Part shown: piece after piece, positions 11,235 through 23,106 of the stretch
Layout of the letters: every line of letters begins with the position of its first letter
Numbering within the stretch: position 1 is the first letter of the stretch
Source: an uncultured Acidimicrobiales bacterium
Lineage (GTDB): Bacteria > Actinomycetota > Acidimicrobiia > Acidimicrobiales > SZUA-35
NCBI GenBank assembly: GCA_963793385.1
Contig: CAWCAF010000037.1
Location: 15,075 to 79,074, forward strand
DNA: 64,000 bases
Direction: 5' to 3'
Notes under the pieces: generated by a model
Told to the model about the DNA's origin: nothing
Databases searched by the model: none
Seen by the model: only the letters and a program-made list of their open reading frames with translations
Position numbers and translations under genes: made by a program

Positions 11235-12026
11235 TCAGTTGCCGAAGATGGGCGGCACGAACGTCTGGTCCGTGATCGGTGGACGCACGTAGCCCGAGTG
11301 TTTGTTGAGCACGGGCAAGACGATCTCCGGGTGTTCGATCTCGCCGTAGGGAATCTGGGTCAGCAGGTGGCTGATGCAGTTGAGCCTGGCGATCTTCTTG
11401 ACATCGGATTCGACCACCCACCAGGGGGCCTGCTTGATGTCGGTGGCTGCAAACATGGCGTCCTTGGCCATGCTGTACTCGGCCCACCGGCTCCTGGACT
11501 CCAGATCCATCGGCGAGAACTTCCACCGCTTGGTCGGGTCGACCAACCTTCCCTTGAAACGGCGCTCCTGCTCGGCATCGCTCACCGAGAACCAGTATTT
11601 GATGAGGATGATGCCCGACCGGACCAGCATCCGCTCGAACTCCGGACATGACCTCAGGAACTCGCGGTACTCCTCCTCGGTGCAGAATCCCATCACCTTC
11701 TCGACGCCGGCGCGGTTGTACCAGCTCCGGTCGAAGATGACCATCTCGCCGGCGGCGGGGAGCTCGGCGACATAGCGCTGGAAGTACCACTGGGACTTCT
11801 CACGCTCGGTCGGCGCCGGGAGGGCGGCGATACGAACGACCCGAGGGTTCAGAGGTTCCACGATCCGCTTGATCGTCCCACCCTTGCCGGCCGCGTCCCG
11901 ACCTTCGAAGACGGCAACGACCTTGAGCCCCTCCTGGCGGATCCACTCGTGCATCTTGACCAGCTCGAACTGGAGTCGACGCAGTTCCTTCTCGTACACC
12001 TTCTTCGGGATCTTCGTCCTCTGCAT
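11235..12026 (-). CDS. ppk2: Polyphosphate kinase 2
   Basis: [11 protein letters not shown] (Walker A), [12 protein letters not shown] and RWKFSPMD. Start ATG 12026 (MQRTKIPKK). Confidence 0.95.
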   Translation of the reverse strand: MQRTKIPKKVYEKELRRLQFELVKMHEWIRQEGLKVVAVFEGRDAAGKGGTIKRIVEPLNPRVVRIAALPAPTEREKSQWYFQRYVAELPAAGEMVIFDRSWYNRAGVEKVMGFCTEEEYREFLRSCPEFERMLVRSGIILIKYWFSVSDAEQERRFKGRLVDPTKRWKFSPMDLESRSRWAEYSMAKDAMFAATDIKQAPWWVVESDVKKIARLNCISHLLTQIPYGEIEHPEIVLPVLNKHSGYVRPPITDQTFVPPIFGN

Positions 12027-12073
12027 GGATCCAGAGTGCCCGACTGTTGGCGGCGGTTCAACCGAGCGGTCGT

Positions 12074-13971
12074 TCACCGTGCTGCTGGCCTTGGCGCCAG
12101 GGCCACCGCCGCCAGCGGGGGAATGTCGATCACGAGACTGTGGGGACGACCGTGGGCTCCGTGCCCGTCGGCGGTACAGGTCGAAGCGAGCGCCATCCCG
12201 GATCCTCCGTAGGCCTCGTCGTCGCTGTTGGCGAGGACCTCCCACGTGCCATCGACGGGGACACCGAGGCGGTAGTCCGGACGAGGAATCGGGGTGAGAT
12301 TGAAGACGCACAGGACCGGACGCTCGTCGTCGGCCTGCCGCAACCAGGCCAGGACGCTGTTCTCGCCGTCGTCGACGACGACCCAGCTGAAACCGGCCGG
12401 TTCGTTGTCGGTGACGTGCAGCGACGGCTCGGCGGCATACAGGGTGTTGAGCGCGATGACCCAATCCCTGATGCCGGCGTGCGCGGGCACGCTCAACTGG
12501 CTCCAGGCCACCGGGTGGTCGTGGTTCCACTCGGGACCCTGGCCGAACTCCTGGCCCATGAACAGCAGCTTCTTGCCCAGGACTCAACCATTGGTTGCCG
12601 TAGAGGACGCGGAGGTTGGCGAACTGCTGCCATGCGTCGCCCGCCATCTTGGCCAGTAGTGAGCCCTTGCCGTGGGTCACCTCGTCGTGTGACAACCCCA
12701 GGACGTAGTTCTCGCTGAACGCGTAGACCGAACGAAAGGTGATCTCGTTGTGGTGGAAGCGGCGATGGATGGGGTCCCGCTCCAGGTAGCTGAGGGTGTC
12801 GTGCATCCAGCCCATGTCCCACTTGTAGTGAAAACCCAACCCACCATCTGGCAACGGGACGGGTGACACCGGGAAACGCCGTGCTCTCCTCGGCGACGGT
12901 GATCACCTCCGGAAAGCGTTCCCCGACGGTGGCGTTGAGGTGCTGGAGGAAGCCGATCGCCTCGAGGTTCTCCCGACCGCCGTGGATGTTGGGAATCCAC
13001 TCCCCCTCTTCGCGGGAATAGTCCCTGTAGAGCATCGAGGCGACCGCATCCACGCGGATGCCGTCCACATGGTAGCGATCCATCCAGTAGTGGGCGCTGG
13101 AGGTGAGGAACGCCTTGACCTCGTGCCGACCGAAATTGAAGACATGGCTCTTCCAGTCCGGATGCCACCCCTCCTGGGGATCAGCGTGTTCGTAGAGCGG
13201 GGTCCCGTCGAAGCGGCCAAGGGCGAAGTCGTCAGAGGGAAAGTGACTCGGAACCCAGTCGAGCACGACGCCGATGCCTCGCTGATGGAGGGCGTCGACG
13301 AATCCCATGAAGTCGGTCGGCAGGCCGAACCGGGAGGTGGGAGCAAAGAAACTGGTCGTCTGGTAGCCCCAGCTTCCGTAGAACGGATACTCCATGATCG
13401 GGAGGAGTTCAACGTGGGTGAAACCCATCTCGTTCAGATGGTCGGCCAGCGGTTGGGCGAGCTCGGCCCACGTCAGGCTTCGATAGGCCTCGGCATGGCG
13501 CCACGAGCCCACGTGCATCTCGTACATCGAGATCGCTCGATCGTGGCGCTGCAGCGTGGACCGGTTCCGCATCCATTCGCCGTCACCCCACTCGTAGGAG
13601 AGATCGGTGACGACCGAGGCGGTGTGGGGCGGGAGCTCGGCGGCGAAGGCCAGCGGGTCGGCTCGCTCGACCAGCCGACCCGTCCCTGGTCATGAGCCGG
13701 AACTTGTACCGATCGCCGACCTTGGCATCGGGTACGACGCCGGCCCATATACCGCTCGATCCCTGGGCTTGCAGGGCCTGGTCCCTGTCCGATCCCCACT
13801 GATTGAAGTCCCCGGCGAGCCGAGACGTACGTGGCGTTCGGGGCCCACACGGCGAAATCGCCGCCCGGGGTCGGCGTATCCGGTCAAGGGTTGACAGCCA
13901 AGGATGTCGTACAAGCGCGTGTGGCTGCCCTCGTTGAACATCCACAGATCTGATTCGGCGATGATGGTCAC
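12074..13971 (-). CDS. glgB: 1,4-alpha-glucan branching enzyme; frameshifted
   Basis: [60 protein letters not shown] and MGQEFGQ. Start GTG 13971, 7 nt below TACGCT. Confidence 0.93.
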
Positions 13972-14100
13972 CCGAATGAGCGTAGGCCGCTGCGCCGGAT
14001 CCTGCGAAACCGTCCAGGGCGCCATCCGAGTCACGTCGATTGGATCCCAATCGGGCGAGGTGGCTCAATGCCGGCGGCCCCTGTGCCGATAGTGCATCTG

Positions 14101-14718
14101 ATGGACTCGCTCACCTCCTACACCGTCGTCATCGCGATGCCCGACCCGGGCGCCGCCGTGGCGCTTCGCCAGATCGTGCAGCGACATCCGCGTTTCGACG
14201 TGATGCGCGAGGTGCCGAACGCGGTGATGGCCCTCGAGGCCTGCCGCGTCCTTCGTCCTGATCTGGCGATCGTGGGCGACGATTCGCCCGGTCTGCGCGG
14301 ACGCGACGTCGTCGACGAAATCCGCCGCGAGAGCCCCTGGACCCGCGTCATCCTCGTGGCGACGTACGACGCGAACTACCTCCGCGACGTGGAACAGGTG
14401 TATCTGGCGGTATCGATCGGCAATCCCGAGCTCATCGAGTCGGGACTCGATTCGTTGGCCGAAGCACTCGACAACCCCGAGGTCGCCAAACGACCCGAGC
14501 GGAGGAGAACGACCCGACGGCTCAAACAGGACTGGACCAAGGTGTTCGCAGAGCGTCGAGCGGAGGGCCGGCGCAACGAAAACGAAGAGGTCGGCTACGC
14601 GAGAGCCGGGACCGGCTGGACCCTCGGAACCCGGACGACCGGAGAATCTACACGGAGCGCCGATGCGCCCAGGACCAGGTCGTACGGCTCGCCGACGTGT
14701 ACGTATCCTGGTCGGTGA
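14101..14718 (+). CDS. Atypical (pseudo-)receiver domain protein with Arg-rich tail; 3' end uncertain
   Basis: REC-like pattern YTVVIA...EACRVLRPDLAIVGDDSPGLRGRDVVDEIRRESPWTRVILV. The canonical acidic pocket is altered. Confidence 0.65.
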   Translation: MDSLTSYTVVIAMPDPGAAVALRQIVQRHPRFDVMREVPNAVMALEACRVLRPDLAIVGDDSPGLRGRDVVDEIRRESPWTRVILVATYDANYLRDVEQVYLAVSIGNPELIESGLDSLAEALDNPEVAKRPERRRTTRRLKQDWTKVFAERRAEGRRNENEEVGYARAGTGWTLGTRTTGESTRSADAPRTRSYGSPTCTYPGR

Positions 14719-15838
14719 TGTCCCCGCCCCTGTTCTCGCCGGGCAATCGTCCCAAGGTCGTTCTCGCCCCGATGGCAGGGTCACCAATGCACCGTTCCGG
14801 CGCCTTTGTCGTCGCTACGGTGGCGGGCTCTTCGTCGGAGAGATGGTTTCGGCGCGGGCGGTCGTCGAAGGCAATCCCAAGACCATGAAGCTCACCGAGT
14901 TCGCCGGCGATGAGACACCTCGGAGTCTTCAGCTCGTTGCGGTCGATCCGGTCGTTGTCGCCGAAGCCATCCGTCGACTGATCGACACGGTCGGAGTCGA
15001 CCACGTCGACCTGAACTTCGGCTGCCCGGTCCCCAAGGTGACGCGCAACGGTGGCGGAGCTGCACTGCCGTACAAACGCAAGCTGCTGAGAGCCGTGGTC
15101 GGTGCGGCGGTCATCGCCGCCGGCGAGGTGCCGGTGACGATCAAGTTCAGGGTCGGCATCGACGACGACCACACGACCCACCTGGACACCGGGACGTGCT
15201 GCTGCGGAACTCGGGGTCGCAGCCATGGCACTCCACGGTCGGACGGCGGCCCAGCTGTACAGCGGCGACGCCGATTGGGCGACCGATCGGCGAGCTGCGT
15301 TCGGTCGTACCAGCGGAGATTCCCGTGTACGGCAACGGTGACATCTGGGAGGCCGGAGACGCTCTGGCGATGGTGCGCCAGACCGGGTGCGACGGGGTGG
15401 TGGTCGGCCGCGGCTGTCTCGGCCGCCCCTGGATGTTCGCTCACCTCGACGCCGTGTTCGCCGGTCAGCCCATCCCCGCGTTTCCCCGCAGTGGCGACGT
15501 CGCGGCGATAATGGCCGAACACGCCAAGGAGCTGGCCGCATGGTTCGGCGACCACAAGGGCGTGCGCGAATTCCGCAAGCACACCGCCTGGTACCTGAAG
15601 GGGTACCCGGTCGGCGGCGAGATCCGCGGCCGCCTCGGTCGTATCGATTCACTCGATGAACTCGACGACCTGCTCGCTGAGCTGCCCGATGTCGAGCCTG
15701 CCCCACGAGAACCGGCGGGTGGCCAGGGGCCACACCCGAGGACCGCAGGCGGTCGCCCTCCCGGATCGTTGGCTCGACGACCCGTGGGACGATCTCGTCG
15801 CCGATCCCGCCGGGGACTCGGCCGTCTCGGGAGGCTGA
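14718..15838 (+). CDS. dusB: tRNA-dihydrouridine synthase (DusB family); frameshifted
   Basis: VVLAPMAG(V)TNAPFRRLC, DLNFGCPVPKV..GGGAAL, PVTIKFR, VYGNGDI, VVVGRGCLGRPW and FRKHTAWYLKG. Confidence 0.92.
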
Positions 15839-15934
15839 GGCGGCCCTGGCCCCCATTGGCCGAGCCTGGAACCACACGGCCAGCCGCCGCAGCCATTCCT
15901 CGGTGATGCCGGTGGGCTTGCCCGAATCGGCTTC

Positions 15935-17482
15935 CTACCTCAGAAACGAGGTGGCGGCATCTCGGAGGACATCACCGCCGACGTCGGGCGCGACTCCCCA
16001 GAGCAGCGTGGCTGCCACGGCGAGGACGATCGCCAGGATCGGCGCCGGTGCCATCAGGATCGGTCCGGCCCCCGCCGCATCGTCACCGTCGACCGCCGGC
16101 TGGGTCAGGTACATGCTCACGATGATCCGCAGGTAGAGATAGGCGCCGACGACCGCAGCGACCATGGCCGCTCCCGCCAGAAGGTACGATTCGCCGCGCA
16201 CCGCCGCCTCGATCACTCCGAACTTCGCCCAAAAGCCGCTGGTGAACGGGATTCCCGCCTGGGCGAACAAGAGCACGACCAGCAAACCGGCCAGGACCGG
16301 TTGGCGGCTCGACAATCCGGCATAGTCGTCCAGGCTGTGAGCGCCATCGCCGTATCGACCGACCAATGTCGCCACGCCGAACGTTCCCACCACCATGAAC
16401 GTGTAGGCGAACAGGTAGAACAGCACCGAGCGCGATCCGAGTGACGACACGGCTCGGTCGATCGACCCGGCTGAATGCAGCCCGATCAGAATGAAGCCGG
16501 CGTGACTGATCGAGGAGTACGCCAGCATCCGTTTGACGTTGTCCTGTTTGATCGCCAGAAACGACCCGATCACGATCGACAGCAACGCCATGGCGCCGAT
16601 GACCGGGCGCCAGTCGTTCCCGAGTCGACCGAACGCGGTCAGGAACACCCGAGTGAACCCGACGAACGCGCTCACCTTCACCGCCGATGCCATGAACCCG
16701 GTGATCGGTGTGGGGGCACCTTGATAGACGTCGGGAGTCCACATGTGGAAGGGAGCAGCGGACACCTTGAAGCCGAATCCGACGATGAGGAGCGCCATTC
16801 CGGCGAGCAACAAAGACGAGTCCTCGGCCGGCGTCAGTCCCCTGGCGTTGGACATGAACAGAGCGGCATCGATCTCGGACAGGCGCGTGCTCCCGGTCGC
16901 ACCGTAGATCAGCGCGATTCCGTAGAGGAAGAACGCCGACGAGAGCGCGCCGAGCACGAAGTACTTGAAGCCGGCCTCCTGGCTGTCGCGTCGGCGTAGA
17001 TGCAGCGCGGCGAGGACGTAGACCGAGATCGACAGGATCTCGAGGCCGAGAAAGGTGACGATGAGATCCTCTGCGGCGGCCATCATCAGACCGCCGGCGG
17101 CGGACAACATGACCAGCACATACCACTCGGGCCCGTCCAGTCCCTCGCGACGAAGGAAGTCGTCGAGGAACATGGCGGCGAAGAGGACCGCCAACGAAAC
17201 GATTCCGGCTGTGAACAGGAAGAAGTAGTCGAGGCTCAGAGCGCCGTCGAGGACGACGATCCTGCCACCTTCGTCCTGGACCCTGTTCCATATCCAGTAG
17301 AGCGACACGATCGAACCCACGGCCATCGTCGCGGTGTACAGCGCCGGGAAACCCCTGGTGCGCAGGCCGGGGACGAGGGACGTGAGCGTGACCAGTATCA
17401 CGGCGCCCAACGCCATCAACAGGAACGGCCACAGGAGCGACCACGGCACCTCTGGGGTGGCGATGGTCTGTCCGAGAATCAC
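15935..17482 (-). CDS. nuoN: NADH-quinone oxidoreductase subunit N (cluster 2)
   Basis: LGLEILSISVYVL, EAGFKYFVLG, FKVSAAPFHMWTPDVYQGAPTP and KRMLAYSSISHAG. Confidence 0.96.
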   Translation of the reverse strand: MILGQTIATPEVPWSLLWPFLLMALGAVILVTLTSLVPGLRTRGFPALYTATMAVGSIVSLYWIWNRVQDEGGRIVVLDGALSLDYFFLFTAGIVSLAVLFAAMFLDDFLRREGLDGPEWYVLVMLSAAGGLMMAAAEDLIVTFLGLEILSISVYVLAALHLRRRDSQEAGFKYFVLGALSSAFFLYGIALIYGATGSTRLSEIDAALFMSNARGLTPAEDSSLLLAGMALLIVGFGFKVSAAPFHMWTPDVYQGAPTPITGFMASAVKVSAFVGFTRVFLTAFGRLGNDWRPVIGAMALLSIVIGSFLAIKQDNVKRMLAYSSISHAGFILIGLHSAGSIDRAVSSLGSRSVLFYLFAYTFMVVGTFGVATLVGRYGDGAHSLDDYAGLSSRQPVLAGLLVVLLFAQAGIPFTSGFWAKFGVIEAAVRGESYLLAGAAMVAAVVGAYLYLRIIVSMYLTQPAVDGDDAAGAGPILMAPAPILAIVLAVAATLLWGVAPDVGGDVLRDAATSFLR

Positions 17483-19110
17483 TCGCCTTCCCCCCCGGCG
17501 GCTTCGGCCTCTTCTTCGGCCTCGTGGAGGGCTTCGACCAGCAGGTCACGCTGGTCCTGCTCGACGACAGGCGCCGGCTCGGGCTCTTCGAAGTCGTCGA
17601 CGTTCGCCTCGATGTGGGTGATCAGTTCGTCGACAGCAGGCTCGATCCGATCGAGTACCGGTTTCGGATACACGCCGAGGAAAACGATCAGCCCGAGCAG
17701 CGGCAGGATCGAAAGGAACTCCGAGAGGCGGAGGTCGGGCATCGCCGCATTCTCCTCGTCGGGTGTGCCGTGGAAGACCCTCTGGTAGGCCCACAGGAGG
17801 TACAAGGCAGCAAGAATCACACCGCTGGTGGCCACGATTCCCCACCATCGAGCACCGCTGAAGGCTCCCAGGAGCACCAGGAACTCGCCGACAAAACCAT
17901 TGAGGCCGGGCAGGCCGATGCTCGAGAGCATCACGAGCGTGAACACCCCTGCCATCAGCGGCGCTGCCTTCTGCAGGCCTTTCAGGGCGGCGATCTCGCG
18001 CGTGTGCCGGCGTTCGTAGATCCACCCGACGAGGATGAACAACGCTCCGGTCGAGATGCCGTGGTTGACCATCTGGAGAACCGCACCCTGGATACCCTGA
18101 CTGTTCAGCGCGAACAAACCCAGGATGATGAAACCGAGATGGGCGATCGAGGAATAGGCGATCAGCCGTTTCAGATCTCGTTGGACGGTGGCGACGATCG
18201 CCCCGTAGATGATTCCGATCACACCGAGGGTCAAGAAGACGGGGGCGAGATCATGGGCGGCCTGCGGAAACAGGTAGAGACCGAAGCGCAGGAATCCGTA
18301 GGTGCCCAGTTTCAGCATGACACCGGCCAGGATGACCGAACCAACGGTTGGAGCTTCGGTGTGGGCGTCGGGGAGCCACGTGTGCAGCGGGAACAACGGC
18401 ACCTTCACGGCGAACGCCAGGGCGAACACCAGCAGGACCGCCCGCGCTTCGTTGGTCGTGAGCGCCTGGGCGTTCGCCAGTTCCCGGATGTCGAAGGTGA
18501 CGGTGCCGGTGTGCTGGTTGGTCAGGAAGACGACTGCGATAATGCCCACGAGCATGAGCGCCGAACCCGCCATCGTGTACAGGAAGAACTTCAGCGCTGC
18601 CCTGACACGGTCCCCGTGTCCCCAGGATCCGATCAGGAAGTACATCGGGACGAGCACGATCTCGAAGAACATGAAGAAGAGCAGCAGGTCCAGCGCCATG
18701 AACACGCCCGATCGAGCCCGCCATCAGCACCATGATCCAGAGGTGGTACGGCTTGGCGTCGTGATCGGCGCTGGTCGCCAGGATTCCGATCGGGAACAGC
18801 ACGCCCGTCATGACCACGAGGAACAACGAGATCCCGTCCACCCCGAGCCGTAGTGAGAGACCGAGATCAGCGATCCAGTCACGTTCGACGACGAACTGGA
18901 ATCCGCCATCAGCGGTCTGAAAATCGGCGAGCAGATAGATCGACAGGGCCCCGGTGATCGTCGACCCGACGAGCGCGACGATCCGGGCATACTCATCGCG
19001 CTCGGCGGGCATCAGGCCGATCACCGACCGCTGTCAGCAGTGGGACGAGCACGAGCGCCGGCGAGCAGCGGGAAGGAGACGGCTTCGGCAGCCTCGGCGG
19101 CGAAGATCAT
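17479..19110 (-). CDS. nuoM: NADH-quinone oxidoreductase subunit M (cluster 2); frameshifted 5' part
   Basis: LGVDGISL, FFEIVLVPMYFLIG, KVPLFPLHTWLPDAHTEAPT and GLPGLNGFVGE. ATG 19110 overlaps the nuoL stop. Confidence 0.93.
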
Positions 19111-21487
19111 GACGTCCACAACCGGGACAGGAACCAGAGCGACCACGCCCACCGAACCGATCACGATGCCCAGGGCCGAGTTCCTCACGTAGCCGGTCTG
19201 TGTGCCTCGCAGCGAGCCCCCGATCGACCCCAGCCGCAGCGGCCACGCCGTTGACGAAACCGTCGATCACCCGACGGTCGAACAAGCGCGGTCAGTTCGA
19301 AGCCGCGTGCGCCCGGACCTCCCGCCACTCGGGCGTAGGTCTCGTCCACGTACCAGGCACGGGCCAGGGCCGGACCGCTCGATCAGAGCCGGGGCGACCC
19401 TGCCCCGCAGGTACACCGCCGTGGCCGCCCCGATCGCACCGACGGCACTAACGATGGCTATCACCGCCAAACCCCATTTGCCAGCACTCGAAACCGCCAG
19501 TTTCGCTTCGTTTCCGAACAGACTGGGCTCGAGCCAGTGCTCCAGGAAGTGCAAATCTTTGGTGAAGGGCAGGTTGAGACCGCCGGCGACGGCTGCGGCA
19601 CCGGCCAGCATCAACAGCGGGAGGGTCATCGTCCACGGTGATTCGTGAGGATGGTATTCCTGCCGCTCGGCAAACGACGCTGGTAGATCATCGGCCAGAT
19701 CACCCGCCTCCGGCGGTGCCGACACGGCCGTGACGTAGGTGGGGGGCAAGGGCAGGTCCGCCCGCCGGGCCCGTAGCGCCTGGAACGCGGCTTTGGCCTC
19801 GGCCAGCCGTTCAGAGGATCGGTCGACCTCGGCGTTGGCCTCGGCCACAGAACTCTGTGCCTTGCTCAAGGTCTCCCCGGCCTTGGGTACGCCCTTCTCC
19901 GCCTTCTCCAATGCCTTGGCGAGCTTGGCGTGGGCGTCATCCTCGGAGCTGACCGCCGCCAGAGCCGCTTTGGCATCGTTCAGCTTGGTGGCTGCGATCT
20001 CGACCGCTTCGGTCCTCTTGTCGACGTCTGCCACGGCTTTCTCCACGCCCGCATGGGCTGCGACCAGCTCATCCTGAGCCTGCTGTGCCGCGGTCTCCGA
20101 CTGGCCGAGGCGGGCGTCGAATGCGGCGGTGATCTCTTCGGCGGTCGGGTCGAAGTAGCGGGTCCGTCCGAAGAAGGTGAGGATCACCTGTCGAGTCATG
20201 TAGAACGCAGTGAGGACGGCGGTCACGAGGCCGATCGCCCACAAGGCCACGTTCTCGTTCCAGGCGTAGAGCAGGATCTCGTCCTTGCTCCAGAAACCGG
20301 AGAAGGGCGGAACCCCGGCGATGGCGAGCCAGCCGACGATGAAGGTCATCGCAGTGATCGGCATCAGCTTGGCGAGCCCACCCATCCGGCGCATGTCCTG
20401 TTCGTCGTCGAGGCCGTGGATCACCGATCCCGAGCCGAGGAACAACAGGGCTTTGAAGAATGCGTGGGTGACCATGTGAAAGATCGCCGGGACGTACGCG
20501 CCGACGCCAACGGCCAGGAACATGTAGCCGAGTTGCGACACCGTCGAATAGGCGAGCACCTTCTTGATGTCGTTCTGAGCCAAGGCGATCGTTGCAGCAA
20601 ACAGGGCGGTGAGAACGCCGATCCACGCCACGATGTCGGTCGCCCAACCGTCGGCTACGGCCAGGACGGGGTTCATCCTCGTGAGCAGATAGACACCCGA
20701 GGTGACCATCGTGGCGGCATGGATGAGTGCTGACACCGGTGTCGGACCGGCCATGGCGTCGGGCAACCACACGTAGAGAGGCAGCTGAGCGGACTTGCCA
20801 ACAGCTCCCAACAGCAGCAGGAGGACGATCGCGGTCGCAGCGCCGGAGCTGAGTTCGGGCGCCGAGGACAGGATCGTGCCGTAATCGATCGAACCGATCT
20901 CGGAGAACACGAGGAACATGGCCAGCATGAAACCGAAGTCGCCGACCCGGTTGGTGACGAACGCCTTCTTGCCCGCTGATGCGTTGGCCGCGTCGGTGAA
21001 CCAGAACGAGATCAGAAGATAGGAGCAGGCCCCGACGCCCTCCCATCCGAGGAAGGTCATCAGCATGTTGTCGCCCAGGACGAGCACGAGCATGGAGCCG
21101 GCAAAGAGGTTCAGATACAAGAAGAATTTGGAGAAGTCCGGATCGCCGTGCATGTAGCCGATCGAGTAGAGGTGAATGAGCGCACCTACACCGGTGATGA
21201 ACAACGACATTGTGATGGAGAGCGGGTCGGCGAGCAGCCCCGCATTCACCGAAAACGAGCCCGCCGGTACCCATTCGAACAGGGTCTGGACGTAGAACCG
21301 TTCGCCTGGTGTCCTCGGCGAGAAGCCCGGCGAAGACGGCGACGGTGGCGAGGAAACTCACGCCGATCGCACCAAAGGCCAGCCACCCGGTCAGCGGCTC
21401 ACCGAGGCGTCGTCCAACGACAACGATGAGGAGGAATCCGATCAGCGGAGCAGCGGGAATGAGCCAGGTGAGTTCGACCATGGTCAT
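19107..21487 (-). CDS. nuoL: NADH-quinone oxidoreductase subunit L (cluster 2) with a large helical insertion; frameshifted
   Basis: GWEGVGACSY, KAFVTNRVGD, KSAQLPLYVWLPDAMAGPTPVSALIHAATMV, GFWSKDEIL and HESPWTMTLPL. Confidence 0.94.
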
Positions 21488-21789
21488 CCCTTGAGCGCGG
21501 CGACGTCGTCGGCGGTGGCGTGGGGGCTGCGGCGCATGACGGCCACCACGATCGACAGGCCGACCACGACCTCGGCGGCGGCGACCACGAGCACGAAGAA
21601 CACGGCGGTCTGGCCGGCGAGATCGCTCAGGCTGTAGGAGAAGGTGACAAAGGAGATGTTCACCGCATTCAGCATCAGCTCGATGCACATGAACATGACG
21701 AGTGGGTTCCGGCGGACCAATAGTCCAACCGCGCCGATGGAGAACAACAGAGCACTCAGAACCAGGTACCAGGTCTCAGTGAGTTCCAC
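21484..21789 (-). CDS. nuoK: NADH-quinone oxidoreductase subunit K (cluster 2)
   Basis: VRRNPLVMFMCIELMLNAVN...VAAAEVVVGL. Confidence 0.96.
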   Translation of the reverse strand: MELTETWYLVLSALLFSIGAVGLLVRRNPLVMFMCIELMLNAVNISFVTFSYSLSDLAGQTAVFFVLVVAAAEVVVGLSIVVAVMRRSPHATADDVAALKG

Positions 21790-21828
21790 TAGTTCTCAAC
21801 CCTCCCCTGCGATCACGACGGGGCAACG

Positions 21829-22408
21829 TTATTCGACCGAGAGGCCGGGTTCGTCGATGACCAGATCCTCGGCGCCACGGTTGTGGACCAACACCACCGC
21901 TCCCACGGTGGCGATCGTCAGCAACAGCGCAGTCGCTTGGAACGCCAGAATGTTACGGCTGAACAGGTCTTCTCCCAACTGCTCGATTTGACTTCGACCG
22001 TCGATCGGCTGCACCACCGATTCCTGCCCGGTCAGCGCCACCGCACCTTCGTCGCCTCCGGGCCCCGACAGGAACAGGCCACCGAGGCTGAGGGCGAGGA
22101 GGAGACCGCCGAACACGAGCCCGAGAGCAGCGCTGGCCGACGAGCGGGTCGACCCGCAGGTTCTCCGATGTGTCCACGCCGAGGAGCATGATGACGAAGA
22201 GGAACAAGACGACGATGGCGCCGGCGTACACCACCACCTGTACGAGGGCCAGGAAGTGCGCCTCCTGAATGATGAAGACGACGGCGACCCCGAAGAACGA
22301 TGCGATCAGGCTCAACGCGGCGTGGACCGGATTGGACGAAACGATCACGCCGAGCGCACCGCCGAGAACGATGGCGCCGGCGACGAGGAACACGATGACG
22401 TCAACCAT
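21829..22408 (-). CDS. nuoJ: NADH-quinone oxidoreductase subunit J (cluster 2); frameshifted
   Basis: SSNPVHAALSL, QVVVYAGAIVVLFLFVIMLLG and LLLTIATVGAVVL. Confidence 0.92.
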
Positions 22409-23106
22409 CAGTGGTGACCCCCGTTCTCGCTCGTCGTCGTGTCCGTGGGCCGATCGAGGCTCGATGCTCGATGCGTCCTTGTCGGCCTGTGGCAGATCGC
22501 CGGAGCGAACGCCGTAGCCCAGCTCGCCGCTCCAACTCGGTGTCGCCCAGGTAGCTCGCCCGGCCCGACGGCGACGTGGCCCGCATCCAGCCGGAGGTGT
22601 CTCGATCATCTCCTTCTCGCCAGTCCTCCCAAGGGCAGGTTCTGGGGTCGCCCGTCGTCGCCGACCAGCAGTTCGTCCTTGGTGTAGATCGCGTCGTTGC
22701 GGTTGGTGAAGGAGAACTCGAAGAGCTTGGTCTCGGTGATCGCCTCGGTGGGGCACGCTTCGACGCACAGATCGCAGTGAATGCACCGGAGGTAGTTGAT
22801 CTCGTAGACGAATCCGTAGCGTTCGCCGGGGCTCTTGGGCTCGTCGGCGGGGTTGTCCTTGCCTCGGACGTAGATGCAGCGGGCCGGACAGACCCCGGCA
22901 CACAGCTCACACCCGATGCACTTCTCCATGCCGTCCTCGTACCGGTTGAGAACATGTCGACCGTGGAGACGCTCGGGTTTGGGGCTCTTCTGGTCCTTGT
23001 CGGAGATGTGGCCCTTTCGATCGGTGCGGCCGCCGCGGTATTCCTTGGTCGTCACGCCTTCGCCCCACTTCTTCAGCGTGACGGCGAAACCTTCGAAATA
23101 GCCCAT
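22408..23106 (-). CDS. nuoI: NADH-quinone oxidoreductase subunit I (cluster 2); frameshifted 3' part
   Basis: HGRHVLNRYEDGMEKCIGCELCAGVCPA and RCIHCDLCVEACPT. Confidence 0.94.

Noticed and set aside
11235-12869. Apparent GlgB-PPK2 fusion ORF (544 aa)
   Set aside because: It arises from glgB frameshifts. glgB has its own stop at 12074 and ppk2 its own ATG at 12026.
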